From positions 9,052,001 through 9,116,000 of the forward strand of contig OZ116710.1 in NCBI GenBank assembly GCA_964199315.1: 64,000 bases of DNA, given 5' to 3'. The translations under genes and the position numbers were made by a program. This stretch comes from Orbicella franksi. Lineage: Eukaryota. This document shows, piece after piece, positions 62,107-64,000 of the stretch (position 1 is its first letter; each line of letters begins with the position of its first letter). The notes under the pieces are model-generated. The model saw only the letters and a program-made list of their open reading frames with translations, did not search any database and was not told the origin of the DNA.

Positions 62107-63270
62107 ATGAAAATGAGCAACAGCACGAACCAAACCCAGGATCGATGTCAGCAAGAAATTCAACGCGACTTCATTTTGCAAACAGCGTTTCTGATCCTGA
62201 TCATGGTGGTAACATTCCTGGGAAACTTCATGGTGTGCTTGGTCGTGTACCTCCATCGAAGACTGCGCACCGTCACCAACTACTTCATTGTGTCATTGGC
62301 CGTGTCCGACCTATTGATTTCCGTGTTGTTGGTGCCCTTCCGAATCCACCAAACATTACACAATGGTGTCTATTGCCTTAACACTGCGCTCTGTTGGACT
62401 TGGCTCCTTACAGATCTGACCTGTGCATGTGCATCAATTTGTAACCTGGCAGCCATCTCTGTAGACCGGTACATCGCCATTGTCCACCCGTTCAGGTATC
62501 ATTCCCTCATGACTACAAGAGTTGGGTGGGTGATGATTGCAATGGTGTGGACCTACTCAGTAGCCTGGGCGAGCCTCTCCTCGTTCAACTGGACAAACCT
62601 CGGTGAAGAGCACATCTTCACCGATCATGTATGTCATAAAAAGGACAAAATATTCTACACCGTAGCCACGACCATGGACTTTTACGTGCCACTCCTGATT
62701 GTTTTGATCATGTACGGACTCGTTTTCCGTGTGGCGATGAATCAAGCCAGAGCTGTAGCCTCCTTACAGCCCACCTCTAACCGAGACAGACGCGGTCGAA
62801 GATTTTCCATAAACATCGTTAAAGAAGTGAAGGCTGCGAAGACTTTAGCCATTGTCATTGGAGCATTTGTCATCTGCTGGTTCCCGTTTTTCACACTTTT
62901 GCTGATCAGTTTGTGGAAACTTGAATTGTTAAAACAACTTTCTGAACAGACCCTCCTGGGGTTGCGTGGCACGTTCAATTACGTCCTGCCAACAATCAAC
63001 AGCACTTTGAACCCAATTATATACGCCTTGTTTAACAGGGACTTCAGGTCAGCATTCTGCCGATTACTCCAGAGGACATTTGGTAGCTCATGCTCCAGAT
63101 CTAACAACAATTCAAACGTTGACGAGTCTCAGTATTCTATGAACATTGCTGTAACTAACGCAAGCCCTAAGGGTAAGCTAACGAAGAACGGAACTGCGAA
63201 GAAGACTAAATTTCACGAGGTGTATGGCGAGGAGGAAGCAGGAGCAGCGGAGGAACCAAAGCCTGTATAA
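62107..63270 (+). CDS. Class A (rhodopsin-like) GPCR, biogenic-amine-receptor-like, intronless CDS
   Basis: 387-aa ORF with 7 hydrophobic segments and motifs GN (TM1), SLAVSD (TM2), Asp3.32, SVDRY, P5.50, KAAKTL, CWFPFF and NPIIY, plus N-terminal N-glycosylation sequons. Confidence 0.95.
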   Translation: MKMSNSTNQTQDRCQQEIQRDFILQTAFLILIMVVTFLGNFMVCLVVYLHRRLRTVTNYFIVSLAVSDLLISVLLVPFRIHQTLHNGVYCLNTALCWTWLLTDLTCACASICNLAAISVDRYIAIVHPFRYHSLMTTRVGWVMIAMVWTYSVAWASLSSFNWTNLGEEHIFTDHVCHKKDKIFYTVATTMDFYVPLLIVLIMYGLVFRVAMNQARAVASLQPTSNRDRRGRRFSINIVKEVKAAKTLAIVIGAFVICWFPFFTLLLISLWKLELLKQLSEQTLLGLRGTFNYVLPTINSTLNPIIYALFNRDFRSAFCRLLQRTFGSSCSRSNNNSNVDESQYSMNIAVTNASPKGKLTKNGTAKKTKFHEVYGEEEAGAAEEPKPV

Positions 63271-64000
63271 ACAATCGTCTGCCTCGTACACTGACCCTAA
63301 GTTTTTACGATCGACGATTCTAATTTTGGAGAAGTCTACTTCAGAATTAAAGGAATTGGGACTGAAGGAGATAAAGCTTGACGAGGGCCTGACCTCGAAG
63401 CTTGACGCATCACGAGGCAGTTGACTTGCCCAAGTTATCAGTAGGCCGCCTGTAAGAATTCGTACTGAACTTTTGACGCATCATGGACAGAGATCACGGA
63501 AAAAATTCTTGGCACCTAGAAGAAGACTTAGTGAATTGTTTCGCTCATCGAACACTAATTAAAAAGGTATAAAACTTTTGCGTTCCTAACGTGGTTTGTT
63601 ATAGGTTCATAAAATGGCGTACCACATAAAGCAGGAGCACCTTGATGCTTATAGCGGAACAATTTCAAGAAGATCTTGCTATGCTGTCCATATGAGATTG
63701 TTTTAAAATGTAAATAGGACTTTCGATCGGTTATAAATAACTTCTTGCAGTCTGGGAATACAGATACAGCGTCCTAGGTGCAAATGGTGTCCCCACTTTT
63801 TTTTTTTTTTTAAAGCCAAATACCCTTTGACACTCAGATAAAGTCTTTTATTAATCTTGTTGAATGCCCCATGCTGACAGGAGCGACTTTATCACGGTGG
63901 TCCCAGACTGCTGGAAGATACCGAGCCAGGAATCGTATGCAAAAGTTGACTGGATAAGATAATTACACGTAGTATAACCATATGGTAACATCACGTTTAG

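Noticed and set aside
805-63424. Short track ORFs overlapping real CDSs or repeats (e.g. 1468-1719, 4149-4439, 7090-7341, 17101-17346, 11526-11939, 27501-27698, 33110-33415, 44787-45083, 62742-62978)
   Set aside because: These are antisense or alternative-frame shadows of genes or chance ORFs in SINEs and MITEs, with no independent coding evidence.

Overview
Eukaryotic, AT-rich, repeat-dense genomic DNA with spliced genes. The repeat families and gene types look like an anthozoan cnidarian, probably a stony coral (inference). Four protein-coding genes are well supported. (1) The last four exons of a polycystin-1-like (PKD1L family) gene on + (154-5114), covering GPS, PLAT and the channel domain. 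(2, 3) Two tandem, co-oriented, two-exon iodothyronine deiodinase-like genes on - (7072-8186 and 17084-18106). Both encode 248 aa, share one phase-0 intron position, and have Cys (TGC) where vertebrate enzymes have selenocysteine (TGA). (4) A class A GPCR with an intronless CDS and aminergic-type Asp3.32 on + (62107-63270). The 18-62 kb interval has no confidently recognisable host gene. It holds SINEs, an L2 LINE tail, Penelope-like retroelement relics with hammerhead-ribozyme motifs, many MITEs, a possible small multi-exon gene (24654-26378) and possible non-coding upstream exons of the GPCR. The most notable signals are the non-selenoprotein deiodinase pair with an altered substrate pocket, the GPCR with two acidic pocket residues, and a core-intact hammerhead ribozyme in the PKD1L intron. 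All alignments were done by eye and no database searches were run.
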